DNA of 64,000 nucleotides. It comes from a virus. A program made the position numbers and the translations under genes. Below, in pieces: positions 28,247-38,095 of this stretch; within the stretch, counting starts at the first letter, position 1; each line of letters opens with the position of its first letter. The notes below the pieces were generated by a model. That model ran no database searches and had not been told where the DNA came from. It was given only the letters and a program-made list of their open reading frames with translations. The stretch spans positions 64,001-128,000 of IMG/VR virus record IMGVR_UViG_3300030451_004287; one strand, written 5' to 3'.

Positions 28247-30445
28247 ATGTCTGCTCTTAATGAATTAAAAAATTATACATTTGTTAGTAAATATGCCCGA
28301 TGGATTGAAAGTGAGAATCGTAGAGAAACTTGGAGAGAAGCGGTTGATAGAGTTAAGAACATGATGCATACTTATTATGATGACAAAGATATATCTGATC
28401 AAATAGATTGGGCATATGAACTTATGTTTCATAAAAAAGTTTTAGGTAGTCAAAGAGCATTGCAATTTGGTGGAGAACCTATTTTAAAAAGACATGCTAA
28501 AATTTATAATTGCACAAGCTCGTACTGCGATAGACTTAGGTTTTTTCAAGAGTGTTTTTGGTTGCTTCTGTGTGGTAGCGGCACAGGATTTAGTGTGCAA
28601 AAACATCATGTAGCAAAACTACCTAATTTAATTTCACAACCTAAAAATACAGACGATGGTGTTAAGTATGTTATTGAAGATAGTATTGAAGGTTGGGCTG
28701 ACGCATTAGGTGTTCTATTAAGTTCTTATTTTAATAAGCCTTCAGAATCTAGATTTGCTGAATACAAAGGCCAATATATTGTTTTTGATTATAGCAATAT
28801 TCGTGAGAAGGGAGCTACTCTTTCATCTGGTGTAGGCAAGGCTCCCGGTTTTGAACCTTTACAAAATGGTCTAGAAAAAATACGATTACTTTTACAGAAA
28901 TGTGTTGAAAATGGACAGAAAAAACTCCGACCTATTGATGCTTATGATATTATTATGCACTCAAGCGATGCTGTACTATCTGGTGGTGTTCGCAGAAGTG
29001 CGTCGTTAGCACTTTTTAGTGGTGACGATGATGAAATGGCAAAAGCTAAAACGGGTAACTGGTACATTGATAATCCTCAAAGAGCAAGAAGTAATAATTC
29101 TGCTTTGTTGCTGAAGGATGATACTACATACGAAGAATTTAAAACTCTTATGGAGTCCGTTAAAGAGTTTGGTGAACCCGGTTTTATTTGGAGTGACTCA
29201 ACAGAAATGACTTTTAATCCATGTGTTGAGGTTGGCATGTGGCCTGTAGATGAAGAAACTGGCAAGTCTGGATGGCAGGGCTGTAATTTGTCTACTGTGA
29301 ATTGTTCATCAGTAACAGATGAAGAAGATTTTTATGAAAGATGTAAAGCCGCTGCAATCATAGGTACGCTACAAGCAGGGTTTACTGGATTAGATTATCT
29401 AGGAGATATTAGTAAAAAGATTTTTGCTAGAGAAGCACTTCTAGGTGTTTCTTTAACAGGCATCATGGAAAAGCACGATCTAGTATTAACTGAAAAAGTT
29501 TTAAAACAAGGAGCTAAAATTGCAGTTGATACTAATAAAAAACTTTCTAAAAAAATCAAGATTAATCAAGCTGCTAGAGTAACGTGTTTAAAACCAGAAG
29601 GAACTTCTAGTTCAATGCTAGGAACTTCATCTGGTATTCACCCACATCATGCTAAAAGATATATTAGACATGTACAAGCTAATATTTTAGAGCCTCCATA
29701 TCAATATTTTAAAAGCTATAATCCTCATGCTTGCGAAAAATCAGCATGGTCTGCTAATGATACTGATGAAGTTGTAAAATTCCCTATTGAAGTGCCTGAT
29801 GGTTCTAAATTAAAAAACCAATTACCAGCAGTTGATATGCTTTCTATAGTTAAAGATACTCAAAAAAATTGGGTGCAATCAGGTAAAAACAGATCATTGT
29901 GTACGCAAGAATATCTCAGTCATAATGTTAGTAATACTGTGACAGTACGCCCAGATGAGTGGGAAGATGTAACAAAATATATTTATAATAATCGTAAGTT
30001 TTTTGCTGGTATTAGTTTAATACCACAAAGCGGAGACAAAGATTACCCTCAAGCGCCATTTACCACAGTATACACAAGCAGAGAAATTGCTAAAGAATAT
30101 GGTGAAGCATCTCTGTGGTGTTCTGGATTAATCGAACTAGGATTAAATGCTTTCGATAATAATCTATGGGCAGCTTGTGACTATATGACGATGCAACAAG
30201 AATCAGATAAAGATACTGATGATAAAAAACTATTTTCAATTAAAATGAAAAGATTTGCAAAGAAGTATTTTGATAGTGATATTAAAAGACTTACTTATTG
30301 TATGAAAGATGTTTATAATTGGAAAATCTACACAGATTTATTTGATAGCTATACAAAGGTGGATTATACACAATTATTAGAAACAGAGGACAATACTGTA
30401 GGAATAGAGGAAATTAGCTGTGCTGGTGGAGCATGTTTAATTTAA
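28247..30445 (+). CDS. nrdJ: class II adenosylcobalamin-dependent ribonucleotide reductase (RTPR-like)
   Basis: YNC, GGVRRSA, NPCVE (thiyl Cys), CNL, KPEGT and C-terminal CAGGAC. Confidence 0.92.
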   Translation: MSALNELKNYTFVSKYARWIESENRRETWREAVDRVKNMMHTYYDDKDISDQIDWAYELMFHKKVLGSQRALQFGGEPILKRHAKIYNCTSSYCDRLRFFQECFWLLLCGSGTGFSVQKHHVAKLPNLISQPKNTDDGVKYVIEDSIEGWADALGVLLSSYFNKPSESRFAEYKGQYIVFDYSNIREKGATLSSGVGKAPGFEPLQNGLEKIRLLLQKCVENGQKKLRPIDAYDIIMHSSDAVLSGGVRRSASLALFSGDDDEMAKAKTGNWYIDNPQRARSNNSALLLKDDTTYEEFKTLMESVKEFGEPGFIWSDSTEMTFNPCVEVGMWPVDEETGKSGWQGCNLSTVNCSSVTDEEDFYERCKAAAIIGTLQAGFTGLDYLGDISKKIFAREALLGVSLTGIMEKHDLVLTEKVLKQGAKIAVDTNKKLSKKIKINQAARVTCLKPEGTSSSMLGTSSGIHPHHAKRYIRHVQANILEPPYQYFKSYNPHACEKSAWSANDTDEVVKFPIEVPDGSKLKNQLPAVDMLSIVKDTQKNWVQSGKNRSLCTQEYLSHNVSNTVTVRPDEWEDVTKYIYNNRKFFAGISLIPQSGDKDYPQAPFTTVYTSREIAKEYGEASLWCSGLIELGLNAFDNNLWAACDYMTMQQESDKDTDDKKLFSIKMKRFAKKYFDSDIKRLTYCMKDVYNWKIYTDLFDSYTKVDYTQLLETEDNTVGIEEISCAGGACLI

Positions 30446-30468
30446 CTTTACTTCTATGAGGTATTACA

Positions 30469-31182
30469 TTGAGAAAAAATAAAGCTAAAAAAGCTGGTAA
30501 TGTAACTAAACCAGAATCAAGAACAGTTGTATATAGAAATAGGTTAAAACCTAAAACTATACATCAAAATGATTATATACATTCTATAGCAGAAAATACT
30601 ATTACATTTTGTCATGGTCCTGCTGGTAGCGGTAAAACACATATTGCTATTGGTCTAGCTTTAGAATATCTACTAGAAAATAAAGTAGAAAAAATTGTTA
30701 TAACAAGACCTGTGGTAGAAGCTGGAGAAAAATTAGGGTTTTTACCGGGTAAGGCAGAAGATAAATTAAGTCCATATCTATTGCCTTTATTTGATGAATT
30801 AAATCATTTTATTAGTCCATTTGATCTGTCATATCTTAAAAATGAAAAGAAAATTGTTGTAGTGCCATTAGCTTTAATGAGAGGCCGCAGTTTTCATAAT
30901 AGTTTTATAGTGGCAGATGAATGCCAAAACGCGTCATATGAACAGCTAAAAATGCTGTTAACTAGAATTGGACATAATAGCAAGATGGTATTAACTGGTG
31001 ATGTCACACAATCTGATCTACAAACCCATAGACAGGGAGGTTTTAATCATTTGATTGATATACTAGATGGTATTAATCAAGTATCTATGGTTCATTTAGA
31101 CGGTGCTGACATATTAAGAAATCCTATAATATCATCAATTATTAATAGAATTGAAAGCGTAGAACAAAGAGAACAGCAATAA
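30469..31182 (+). CDS. phoH: PhoH-like ATPase
   Basis: GPAGSGKT, RP.VEAGE.LGFLPG, MRGRSF, DECQN, TRIG and GD..QSD motifs; TTG start after GAGG. Confidence 0.93.
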   Translation: MRKNKAKKAGNVTKPESRTVVYRNRLKPKTIHQNDYIHSIAENTITFCHGPAGSGKTHIAIGLALEYLLENKVEKIVITRPVVEAGEKLGFLPGKAEDKLSPYLLPLFDELNHFISPFDLSYLKNEKKIVVVPLALMRGRSFHNSFIVADECQNASYEQLKMLLTRIGHNSKMVLTGDVTQSDLQTHRQGGFNHLIDILDGINQVSMVHLDGADILRNPIISSIINRIESVEQREQQ

Positions 31183-31189
31183 TTTATAC

Positions 31190-31219
31190 TTGCCAAAGTC
31201 ACAGTGTAGACTACTATAG
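31190..31219 (+). promoter_or_regulatory. sigma70-type promoter TTGCCA-N16-TACTAT(AG)
   Basis: Intergenic; same architecture as 43456-43485; the -10 lies inside the palindrome CTACTATAGTAG (31211-31222). Confidence 0.55.
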
Positions 31220-31255
31220 TAGACATAACAGATATACTTTGTAAGATTAAAAATT

Positions 31256-31597
31256 ATGCCAATCTATACATACGTCTGCACAGACTGTCAATTAAAAATA
31301 GAAATTCTTGGTAGCCCTTCTAACTACCAAGAAACTATTGAATGTGAGAAATGTGGAAAACAATGTTACAGATCTTTACAAGACGATTTAACATTTGGTT
31401 TTGTAAAATTAGCAGATTCAGAAATTAAAACTTTAGGACATCTGGCAAAAAGAAATGCTGAAAAATTTAGCGATGATTATAAAGCAGAGTTAAAGCGTAA
31501 GCATTACGATTATCAAGAACAAGTTTCTCCAAAAGAATTACCTAAAGGTATGACAAGAATACCTAAACAACCAAAGATTAAATGGACAAAGGATTAA
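31256..31597 (+). CDS. FmdB-family zinc-ribbon protein
   Basis: MPIYTYVCTDC...CEKCG. Confidence 0.75.
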   Translation: MPIYTYVCTDCQLKIEILGSPSNYQETIECEKCGKQCYRSLQDDLTFGFVKLADSEIKTLGHLAKRNAEKFSDDYKAELKRKHYDYQEQVSPKELPKGMTRIPKQPKIKWTKD

Positions 31598-31600
31598 AAA

Positions 31601-31975
31601 ATGGATAGCTTTAGAGTTACAAAAGATGTGCCTAATTACGAAAGCGAATACTATACTATTATTGGTGATCATGATTACTTAGATGATGATAGTAATCCAA
31701 AACTTAATGATCCAGATGATACGAAACTTATGGCAGAAAAAATTATTTACAGTGATGGTAGAGAAGCTTTTTATGTTAAGGTCGGAACATACGGTAAATT
31801 GTTTAATCCTATAGGTATGTTTTCAGAAGGTCGTATTAAAAAGTACATGGCTAAGTTTGGTAAAAAAGAATGGACACTTAAAAAAGTAAACCCAAAAGTA
31901 TTCTCGTATTATGTATCATTTTTAAGAACAAAAAATTTAGCGTGGTTTAATAACGCAGAAAGGGAAATGGAATGA
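31601..31975 (+). CDS. hypothetical protein
   Basis: 124-aa ORF within the operon. Confidence 0.7.
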   Translation: MDSFRVTKDVPNYESEYYTIIGDHDYLDDDSNPKLNDPDDTKLMAEKIIYSDGREAFYVKVGTYGKLFNPIGMFSEGRIKKYMAKFGKKEWTLKKVNPKVFSYYVSFLRTKNLAWFNNAEREME

Positions 31976-32298
31976 AAAAGCTATCTCGTGTCAAAGAATA
32001 TGCAGCTAGATATTTATTTAGTGAAGTAAAGATGGATTGTAAAGCTATAGCTAAAGAGCTGGGTGTAACCGAAGAAACCATAAGAAATACTTTAGAATTA
32101 CCTAAAGAAGAGTCTCCATTAAAAACAGTGACATCTAAGACCTCAGATTTTATTAACGAAACGTCTATGAAGGGTACTCAAAATGTTATGATTATGACAG
32201 AAGGAGCATCTCAAAGATTAGACGGTATTGCAGAACAACAACGATCACAAGGGCCAAACCCTAAATATACCAATGTCATCAGAAAAGCCCGCGAATAA
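31972..32298 (+). CDS. N-terminal helix-turn-helix protein
   Basis: CKAIAKELGVTEETIRNTL HTH pattern. Confidence 0.55.
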   Translation: MKKLSRVKEYAARYLFSEVKMDCKAIAKELGVTEETIRNTLELPKEESPLKTVTSKTSDFINETSMKGTQNVMIMTEGASQRLDGIAEQQRSQGPNPKYTNVIRKARE

Positions 32299-32707
32299 AT
32301 ATCTCTCTAAATACTCGAACGGCAAAGAGGTGTCTGCTGCTCAATATATTACAGAGATAATATGTGAAAATAAAGCTCGTATTGAAAAAAAAGATTTACA
32401 CTATAGGTTTTGGCAAAGTAAAGAATGGGCACAGTTTTATAGAAATCAAATATCATCTTCACATAAATTACTAAAGAAGCATAGTGATAAGGCTATTATA
32501 GCAGCATTAAAAGATAATAAAGCTAGGCGAATATTTTCGTTAAGAGCGCCTTCATTAGTAGCCTTAATTAAAAAACATGAAGCTATTATAGAATCGCAAA
32601 ACACAGAATTAAAAATAAAAATAGACAGAAAGCAAGATTCAACTTATCAGAAGAATAACAAGAAAGGTATACTCTCTAAATTAGAGGAATTAGATAATGA
32701 GCATTAA
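32273..32707 (+). CDS. hypothetical basic protein
   Basis: ATG 32273 preferred over TTG 32228; within the replication operon. Confidence 0.65.
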   Translation: MSSEKPANKYLSKYSNGKEVSAAQYITEIICENKARIEKKDLHYRFWQSKEWAQFYRNQISSSHKLLKKHSDKAIIAALKDNKARRIFSLRAPSLVALIKKHEAIIESQNTELKIKIDRKQDSTYQKNNKKGILSKLEELDNEH

Positions 32708-33710
32708 GGAAGAAGTTAATAAAAGTTTTGGTGATGATATTGTATTGTCAGCAAATTCGGTTCTAGATACAAAAGTAATAAACATTCCTATTAGTCCTTC
32801 TTTGGATATTATCTTAAACGGCGGAGTACCAGAAGGTAGTTTTGTTATCTTCACTGGACAACCTAAGTGTGGTAAGACAACAACATCATTATATCTTGCT
32901 GGTAATGCTCAACAACCAGAGTATGGATACGGATCGTTTAAAGATGGTAGAGAGGTTTACTATTTAAACATTGAAGGACGCTTAAAGAAAAGAGATTTAG
33001 AAGGTATCCCCCACATTAATAAAGATAAGTTTCACATCATTGGTTCTCAACAGGGTAAAATTTTACATGCTGAAGAGTACTTACAAATTGCTGAAAAAAT
33101 TATTAATCAAGTTCCCGGATCTGTTGTTATTATTGATTCGTATTCAGCACTTTGCACAGAAGCAGAAATTACATCAGATATGGGTAAAATGCAAAGAGCA
33201 GACGGTGCAAAACTACTAGCTAAATTTTGCAGAAAAGTTGCTAATGTTATTCCTGTTAATAAGAATATAGTGATTGGTATTACTCATCTTATGGGTAATC
33301 CTACAGGGTACGGTGCTGAATTTAAAGAAAAGTCTGGACAGGCGGTAGCTTATCAAACAGATATTAAATTACGAGCAAAAAGATTTAGTCCTTGGAAGGT
33401 AGGTAAGGAAGATACTCAAATAGGACAAGAAGTAGAATGGCAAGTAGTAACATCGGCACTTGGTTCTCCCGGTGGAAACATTGTTAGCCATCTAAGATAT
33501 GGCGAAGGTATTGACAAGCATATGGAGTTATTTAGTCTTGCTGTAGATATTGGTTTAATTAATAAAGGTGGAGCATGGTATACCTTTTCTTCTTTGCCAG
33601 ATAGTCCAAAATTTCAAGGAGCAGAAAAAGCTAGAGACTTTTTAGTATCTAAGCCTGAAGTATATAAAGATTTATGGCATCAAATTAAAGATACAATGGG
33701 TCTTAAATGA
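32697..33710 (+). CDS. recA: RecA/UvsX-like recombinase
   Basis: SLD..LNGG.P, Walker A GQPKCGKTT, Walker B VIIDS and K.GAWY motifs. Confidence 0.9.
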   Translation: MSIKEEVNKSFGDDIVLSANSVLDTKVINIPISPSLDIILNGGVPEGSFVIFTGQPKCGKTTTSLYLAGNAQQPEYGYGSFKDGREVYYLNIEGRLKKRDLEGIPHINKDKFHIIGSQQGKILHAEEYLQIAEKIINQVPGSVVIIDSYSALCTEAEITSDMGKMQRADGAKLLAKFCRKVANVIPVNKNIVIGITHLMGNPTGYGAEFKEKSGQAVAYQTDIKLRAKRFSPWKVGKEDTQIGQEVEWQVVTSALGSPGGNIVSHLRYGEGIDKHMELFSLAVDIGLINKGGAWYTFSSLPDSPKFQGAEKARDFLVSKPEVYKDLWHQIKDTMGLK

Positions 33711-34114
33711 ATGTTAAGGACTTAGATGGAAACATTAGTAAGTGGCATTTAACAGGCTATATAGCTAAAGGTGCTGTAACAAAAAAATCTAGCTTGCATC
33801 TTAAGGCTAGACAGCTTATTAAAGAATGTAATCCAACATTACAGATTTTAGAAGAAGTTCCAATTAATCCTAGAAGATCCGAAACATTATATTTAGACTT
33901 TTATTTACCTCTTACTAAAACTTGTATAGAAGTACACGGTGAACAACACTATAAATTTGTTCCTTTTTATCATACAACAAAATTAGGATTTTTTAAACAT
34001 AAAAAAAGAGATCAGGATAAAAAAGATTGGTGTGAAACAAACGGAATAAAGATTGTAGAATTGTCATATGCTGAATCACAAGAAGAATGGTTAAAGAAAA
34101 TTAAAGATGAATAA
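33707..34114 (+). CDS. PD-(D/E)XK/Vsr-like (DUF559-type) endonuclease
   Basis: LDFYLP, IEVHGEQH and RD..K..WC..NGI motifs. Confidence 0.75.
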   Translation: MNVKDLDGNISKWHLTGYIAKGAVTKKSSLHLKARQLIKECNPTLQILEEVPINPRRSETLYLDFYLPLTKTCIEVHGEQHYKFVPFYHTTKLGFFKHKKRDQDKKDWCETNGIKIVELSYAESQEEWLKKIKDE

Positions 34115-34601
34115 TCAAACTGCTAAAGAAGAACTTGCACATTGGGATAAATTATTAGACGAATATGAGTCTAGTATTGGCCTGCCTGTATATCAAGCAG
34201 ATGGTTTACAAGAATCACAATTACAAAGCTATTTGCAAATGAGCAGAGATAAGCTAGAAAAGCTTGGACCTCAAGAGTGTGCTGAAGTAGCATACATTCT
34301 TGGTCAATTTTCATTTCACACACAAAGAACAGCTAACAGAGAAACAGCTAGACTTAATTGGGCAGATGAAACTATTAAGGAAGTTATTGCTGATGAAATC
34401 AATAATTATAAAGGATATGGATATATAGAAAAATCTATGCAGGCAATCAAGCATAATGAAAAAGCTAGTAAACTTAATAGAATTAAAAGATACGCTAAAC
34501 AAAGAGTAGATAGACTTTGCTATCTGTCTAACAGTATCAAAAATTTATCAGATATTTTACTTTCAATTCAAAGGGCGAAAATGGTGAAGCAAAATGGATG
34601 A
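34107..34601 (+). CDS. helical protein, possibly a UvsY-like recombination mediator
   Basis: All-helical 164 aa between recA and the helicase; function inferred from context only. Confidence 0.4.
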   Translation: MNNQTAKEELAHWDKLLDEYESSIGLPVYQADGLQESQLQSYLQMSRDKLEKLGPQECAEVAYILGQFSFHTQRTANRETARLNWADETIKEVIADEINNYKGYGYIEKSMQAIKHNEKASKLNRIKRYAKQRVDRLCYLSNSIKNLSDILLSIQRAKMVKQNG

Positions 34602-34923
34602 TCTAAATAATCTGTCTAATGAGCAGTTGAGTTTAATGATTCAAATGCTGCAAAAAACTTTAGAAGATAGACAACCTAAAGAAACAGACAAAGACACTCG
34701 ACCAAACAAATTTTTAGATATGCCAGAGTTTTCTATGCACAAGCAAGACTCTATTATAGATAAACAACTTAATGTAAGACCACCAACACCTAGAACGAGA
34801 CAGTTTAAACCTATAGCCGTTCAGTGTAGAGTCTGTGGCAAAAAAGAAACAATAAATCCAGCACTACTTTCGACAGAACCTAATAGATATAAGTGTAATT
34901 CGTGTTCATCAATTCCGGGATAA
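34594..34923 (+). CDS. zinc-finger protein
   Basis: CRVCG...CNSC at the C-terminus. Confidence 0.65.
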   Translation: MDDLNNLSNEQLSLMIQMLQKTLEDRQPKETDKDTRPNKFLDMPEFSMHKQDSIIDKQLNVRPPTPRTRQFKPIAVQCRVCGKKETINPALLSTEPNRYKCNSCSSIPG

Positions 34924-34924
34924 T

Positions 34925-36385
34925 ATGAAACTTTCAGACAGTGCTGCCGAACGAGCAATCTTGTCAGGTATCTTTAATTATGGTGAAGATGCGTACTTTG
35001 ACATTTGTGATCTCATACAAGAACAATCTTTTACTATAGATAGTAATATCTATATTTACAAATGTTTTAAGCACATTTTTACCAATCATCAAAATCCTAA
35101 AATAGATTTAGCCTTAATATTTTCAGCGGCAGAAGAACTTTCTCTTTCTAAAATACTAACTAAGAAAGATGAAGTACAACACATTAATGCGATAATTAAC
35201 TTTCCTGTAGATAAAGATAATCTACGAAAGTTTGCTGCAAAGATAAAGAAATTAGAAATAGCTAGACTGTTGCAACAGCAGTTGGAAGAAGCTAAAAACA
35301 AAGTTGTTAAAATTAGTGGTAATGAATCTGTTGGTAATATTGTAGGTATTGCTGAAGATATTATATTTAATTTTACATCAATGTTGAATGATGGTGAGGA
35401 TGCGCCTGCTACGCTAGGTTCAGAAATTGATTCTTATCTAGAAGATATTATTAATAATCCTATAGATCAAATTGGAATACCAACAGGGTTTCCAGTGTAT
35501 GATAAAGCTATCGGTGGAGGATTAAGAAAGAATACCGTAAACGTAATTGCCGCTAGACCTAAAACTGGAAAAACTCTTTTATCTGATAACATGAGTTTTA
35601 ATATTGCTAACAACTGTGAAGTTCCTGTATTAAATATGGATACAGAAATGACAAGAGAAGACCATATACACAGAACCTTGGCTATGATGACAGATGTAGA
35701 GATCAATGAAATCGAAACTGGTCAATTCGCTAAGTCTCCATCTAAAAAAGAAAAGGTTACAAAAGCAGCTAATAAACTAAAAAGCCTTAAAATTTTCCAT
35801 AAATCTATAGCGGGTAAACCATTTGAAGATCAATTATCATTAATTCGTAGATGGTTAATAAAAGATGTTGGATTAAATGAAGACGGAACAGCTAAAGATT
35901 GCGTGATATTTTATGACTACCTAAAACTTATGGATAGTCAAGGTGTAAGTCAAGACATGAAAGAATATCAAGTTCTTGGTTTTATGATGACCCAATTACA
36001 CAACTTTGCTACAAAATATAAAGTACCAATCGTAGCTTTTGTTCAGTTGAACAGAGATGGTATTACTAAAGAAAGCACAGATACCGCTAGTGGTTCTGAT
36101 AGAATTATTTGGTTATGTAGTAATTTTACTATATTTAAAAGAAAGTCTGATGAAGAAATTGCTGAAGACGGACCAAATGCTGGTAACAGAAAACTCTTAC
36201 CTGTAATTAGTAGACATGGTGGAGGTTTAGATGATAATGATTACATTAACTGTCACATGGAAGGACAGTTTGCAAAAATTAAAGAAGGTAAAACTAGATT
36301 AGAACTAATGAATAATATTAACTCAGACTCTGACATACAGGAGTATATTGGTGAAAACGATGACCAAGAAATCCCATTCAACTGA
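34925..36385 (+). CDS. dnaB: replicative DNA helicase (DnaB family)
   Basis: AERAIL, IPTGF..YD...GG, ARPKTGKT, TEM, YDYL and QLNR motifs. Confidence 0.93.
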   Translation: MKLSDSAAERAILSGIFNYGEDAYFDICDLIQEQSFTIDSNIYIYKCFKHIFTNHQNPKIDLALIFSAAEELSLSKILTKKDEVQHINAIINFPVDKDNLRKFAAKIKKLEIARLLQQQLEEAKNKVVKISGNESVGNIVGIAEDIIFNFTSMLNDGEDAPATLGSEIDSYLEDIINNPIDQIGIPTGFPVYDKAIGGGLRKNTVNVIAARPKTGKTLLSDNMSFNIANNCEVPVLNMDTEMTREDHIHRTLAMMTDVEINEIETGQFAKSPSKKEKVTKAANKLKSLKIFHKSIAGKPFEDQLSLIRRWLIKDVGLNEDGTAKDCVIFYDYLKLMDSQGVSQDMKEYQVLGFMMTQLHNFATKYKVPIVAFVQLNRDGITKESTDTASGSDRIIWLCSNFTIFKRKSDEEIAEDGPNAGNRKLLPVISRHGGGLDDNDYINCHMEGQFAKIKEGKTRLELMNNINSDSDIQEYIGENDDQEIPFN

Positions 36386-37508
36386 TCAAAACAAACTTAA
36401 AGTTTTGTGTGATCTAATGTGTGATAATATTTTTGACTTATTAGATTACTTTGATATTGACTATAAAGAAAATGGCAAGATGATTAGCATGCCATGTCCT
36501 ATTCATGATGGAGATAATAAATCTGCACTTAATATATATCATGAGGGTGACAGCTATAGAGGTAATTGGAAATGTAGAACTCATGGTTGCGAAGAATGTT
36601 TTAAAGGATCTATCATAGGTTTTGTTAGAGGTGTTTTATCTAACAGAAAAAAGAACTGGATAAAAAATGGAGATGATGTTGTATCATTTAAAGAAGCTTT
36701 AGATTTTTGCACCAAGTTTGTAAATAAAGATCTTGGTGATATCAAAATTTGTGAAGACACTAAAAATAAAAAGAATTTTACTAATGTTATTAATAATATA
36801 TCATCAGATAAACAAAACAATGTACCCACAATTAGTAGAAATAGTATTAGGTCATTACTAGAAATACCATCACAGTATTATATTAATAGGGGATATTCGA
36901 CAGATATTTTAAATAAATACGATGTAGGTCTATGTAGTAGACCAAATAAAGAAATGTCGGGCAGGGTGGTAGTACCTATATACGATGCTAATTATAAAAG
37001 TATGATTGGATGTTCAGGTAGAAGTATTTATGATAAATGTAATAAATGCGGAGGGTTTCACAATCCAGCAGATGCTTGTCCATCTTCTGAAAATTTGTGG
37101 AAATATTCTAAATGGAAACATAATTCTGGATTTAAAGCACAGGATCACCTGTATAACTTTTGGTTTGCTAAAGAGCATATGGCAAAATCGTCTTTTGCTA
37201 TAATCTTAGAGAGTCCGGGTAATGTATGGAAGTTAGAAGAAAACGGTATACATAATAGTGTTGCTATTTTTGGAACAAATTTAAGCGCAAAACAAAAATT
37301 GTTATTAGATAGTTCTGGAGCTATGAGTCTTATTGTTATGATGGATAATGATGAAGCTGGTCATAAAGCAGCACAGGCTATTATAGAAAAATGTAATAGA
37401 ACATATAATACATATTCTTTAACAGTTGAAAAAAATGATATTGGTGAAATGTCAAAAGATGAAATACAAAATCAAATTGTTAATAAAATTAAGGAATTAC
37501 CATTATGA
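36348..37508 (+). CDS. DNA primase (Zn-binding plus TOPRIM domains)
   Basis: CPIH...C...C zinc domain, R...PI, LYN, TOPRIM E(SPGN) and DNDEAG; start may be GTG 36351 or ATG 36360. Confidence 0.85.
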   Translation: MVKTMTKKSHSTDQNKLKVLCDLMCDNIFDLLDYFDIDYKENGKMISMPCPIHDGDNKSALNIYHEGDSYRGNWKCRTHGCEECFKGSIIGFVRGVLSNRKKNWIKNGDDVVSFKEALDFCTKFVNKDLGDIKICEDTKNKKNFTNVINNISSDKQNNVPTISRNSIRSLLEIPSQYYINRGYSTDILNKYDVGLCSRPNKEMSGRVVVPIYDANYKSMIGCSGRSIYDKCNKCGGFHNPADACPSSENLWKYSKWKHNSGFKAQDHLYNFWFAKEHMAKSSFAIILESPGNVWKLEENGIHNSVAIFGTNLSAKQKLLLDSSGAMSLIVMMDNDEAGHKAAQAIIEKCNRTYNTYSLTVEKNDIGEMSKDEIQNQIVNKIKELPL

Positions 37509-38095
37509 TAATAGCATTTGCAGGAAGAAAGCAGTCTGGTAAAGATACATCAGCAGAGTTTGTGTGCAAATTGTTTGAAACTAGCTTACAAGGCTCGTGT
37601 CGTATTTATCACTTTGCTGATCCTCTCAAAAAAAATATATGCATGGATGTTTTAGGTTTAACATATCATCAATGTTATGGATCTGACGAATCTAAAAATG
37701 AATTAGTAGATTGTTGCTGGCCAGATACAAATGAAAAAATGACAGCAAGAGAAGTTATGCAATATGTTGGGACTGATATTTTCAGAAAAATGCAACACAA
37801 TGTATGGGCTAGTGCTACTATTAATAAAATTAAGAACGATAATTTTGATCTATCACTAATAGCAGATTGTCGTTTTCCAAACGAAGTTGAGGCTGTCAAA
37901 CAAGCTGGAGGCTTAGTAATTAAATTAAATAGAAATAACTATCACTCTACACATTCTAGTGAGACAGCATTGGATTCCGCCAACTACGATCAGTCGTGTT
38001 TTGATTTGGTTGTTGATAATATAGATTTAACATTAACACAAAAAAATCAAGTCATTTACGATTTTTTACAGAATAAGGGAATATTACCATCATAA
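37505..38095 (+). CDS. deoxynucleoside monophosphate kinase (T4 gp1-like)
   Basis: GRKQSGKDT, FADPLK, REVMQYVGTD, DCRFPNE and HSSE motifs. Confidence 0.88.
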   Translation: MIIAFAGRKQSGKDTSAEFVCKLFETSLQGSCRIYHFADPLKKNICMDVLGLTYHQCYGSDESKNELVDCCWPDTNEKMTAREVMQYVGTDIFRKMQHNVWASATINKIKNDNFDLSLIADCRFPNEVEAVKQAGGLVIKLNRNNYHSTHSSETALDSANYDQSCFDLVVDNIDLTLTQKNQVIYDFLQNKGILPS

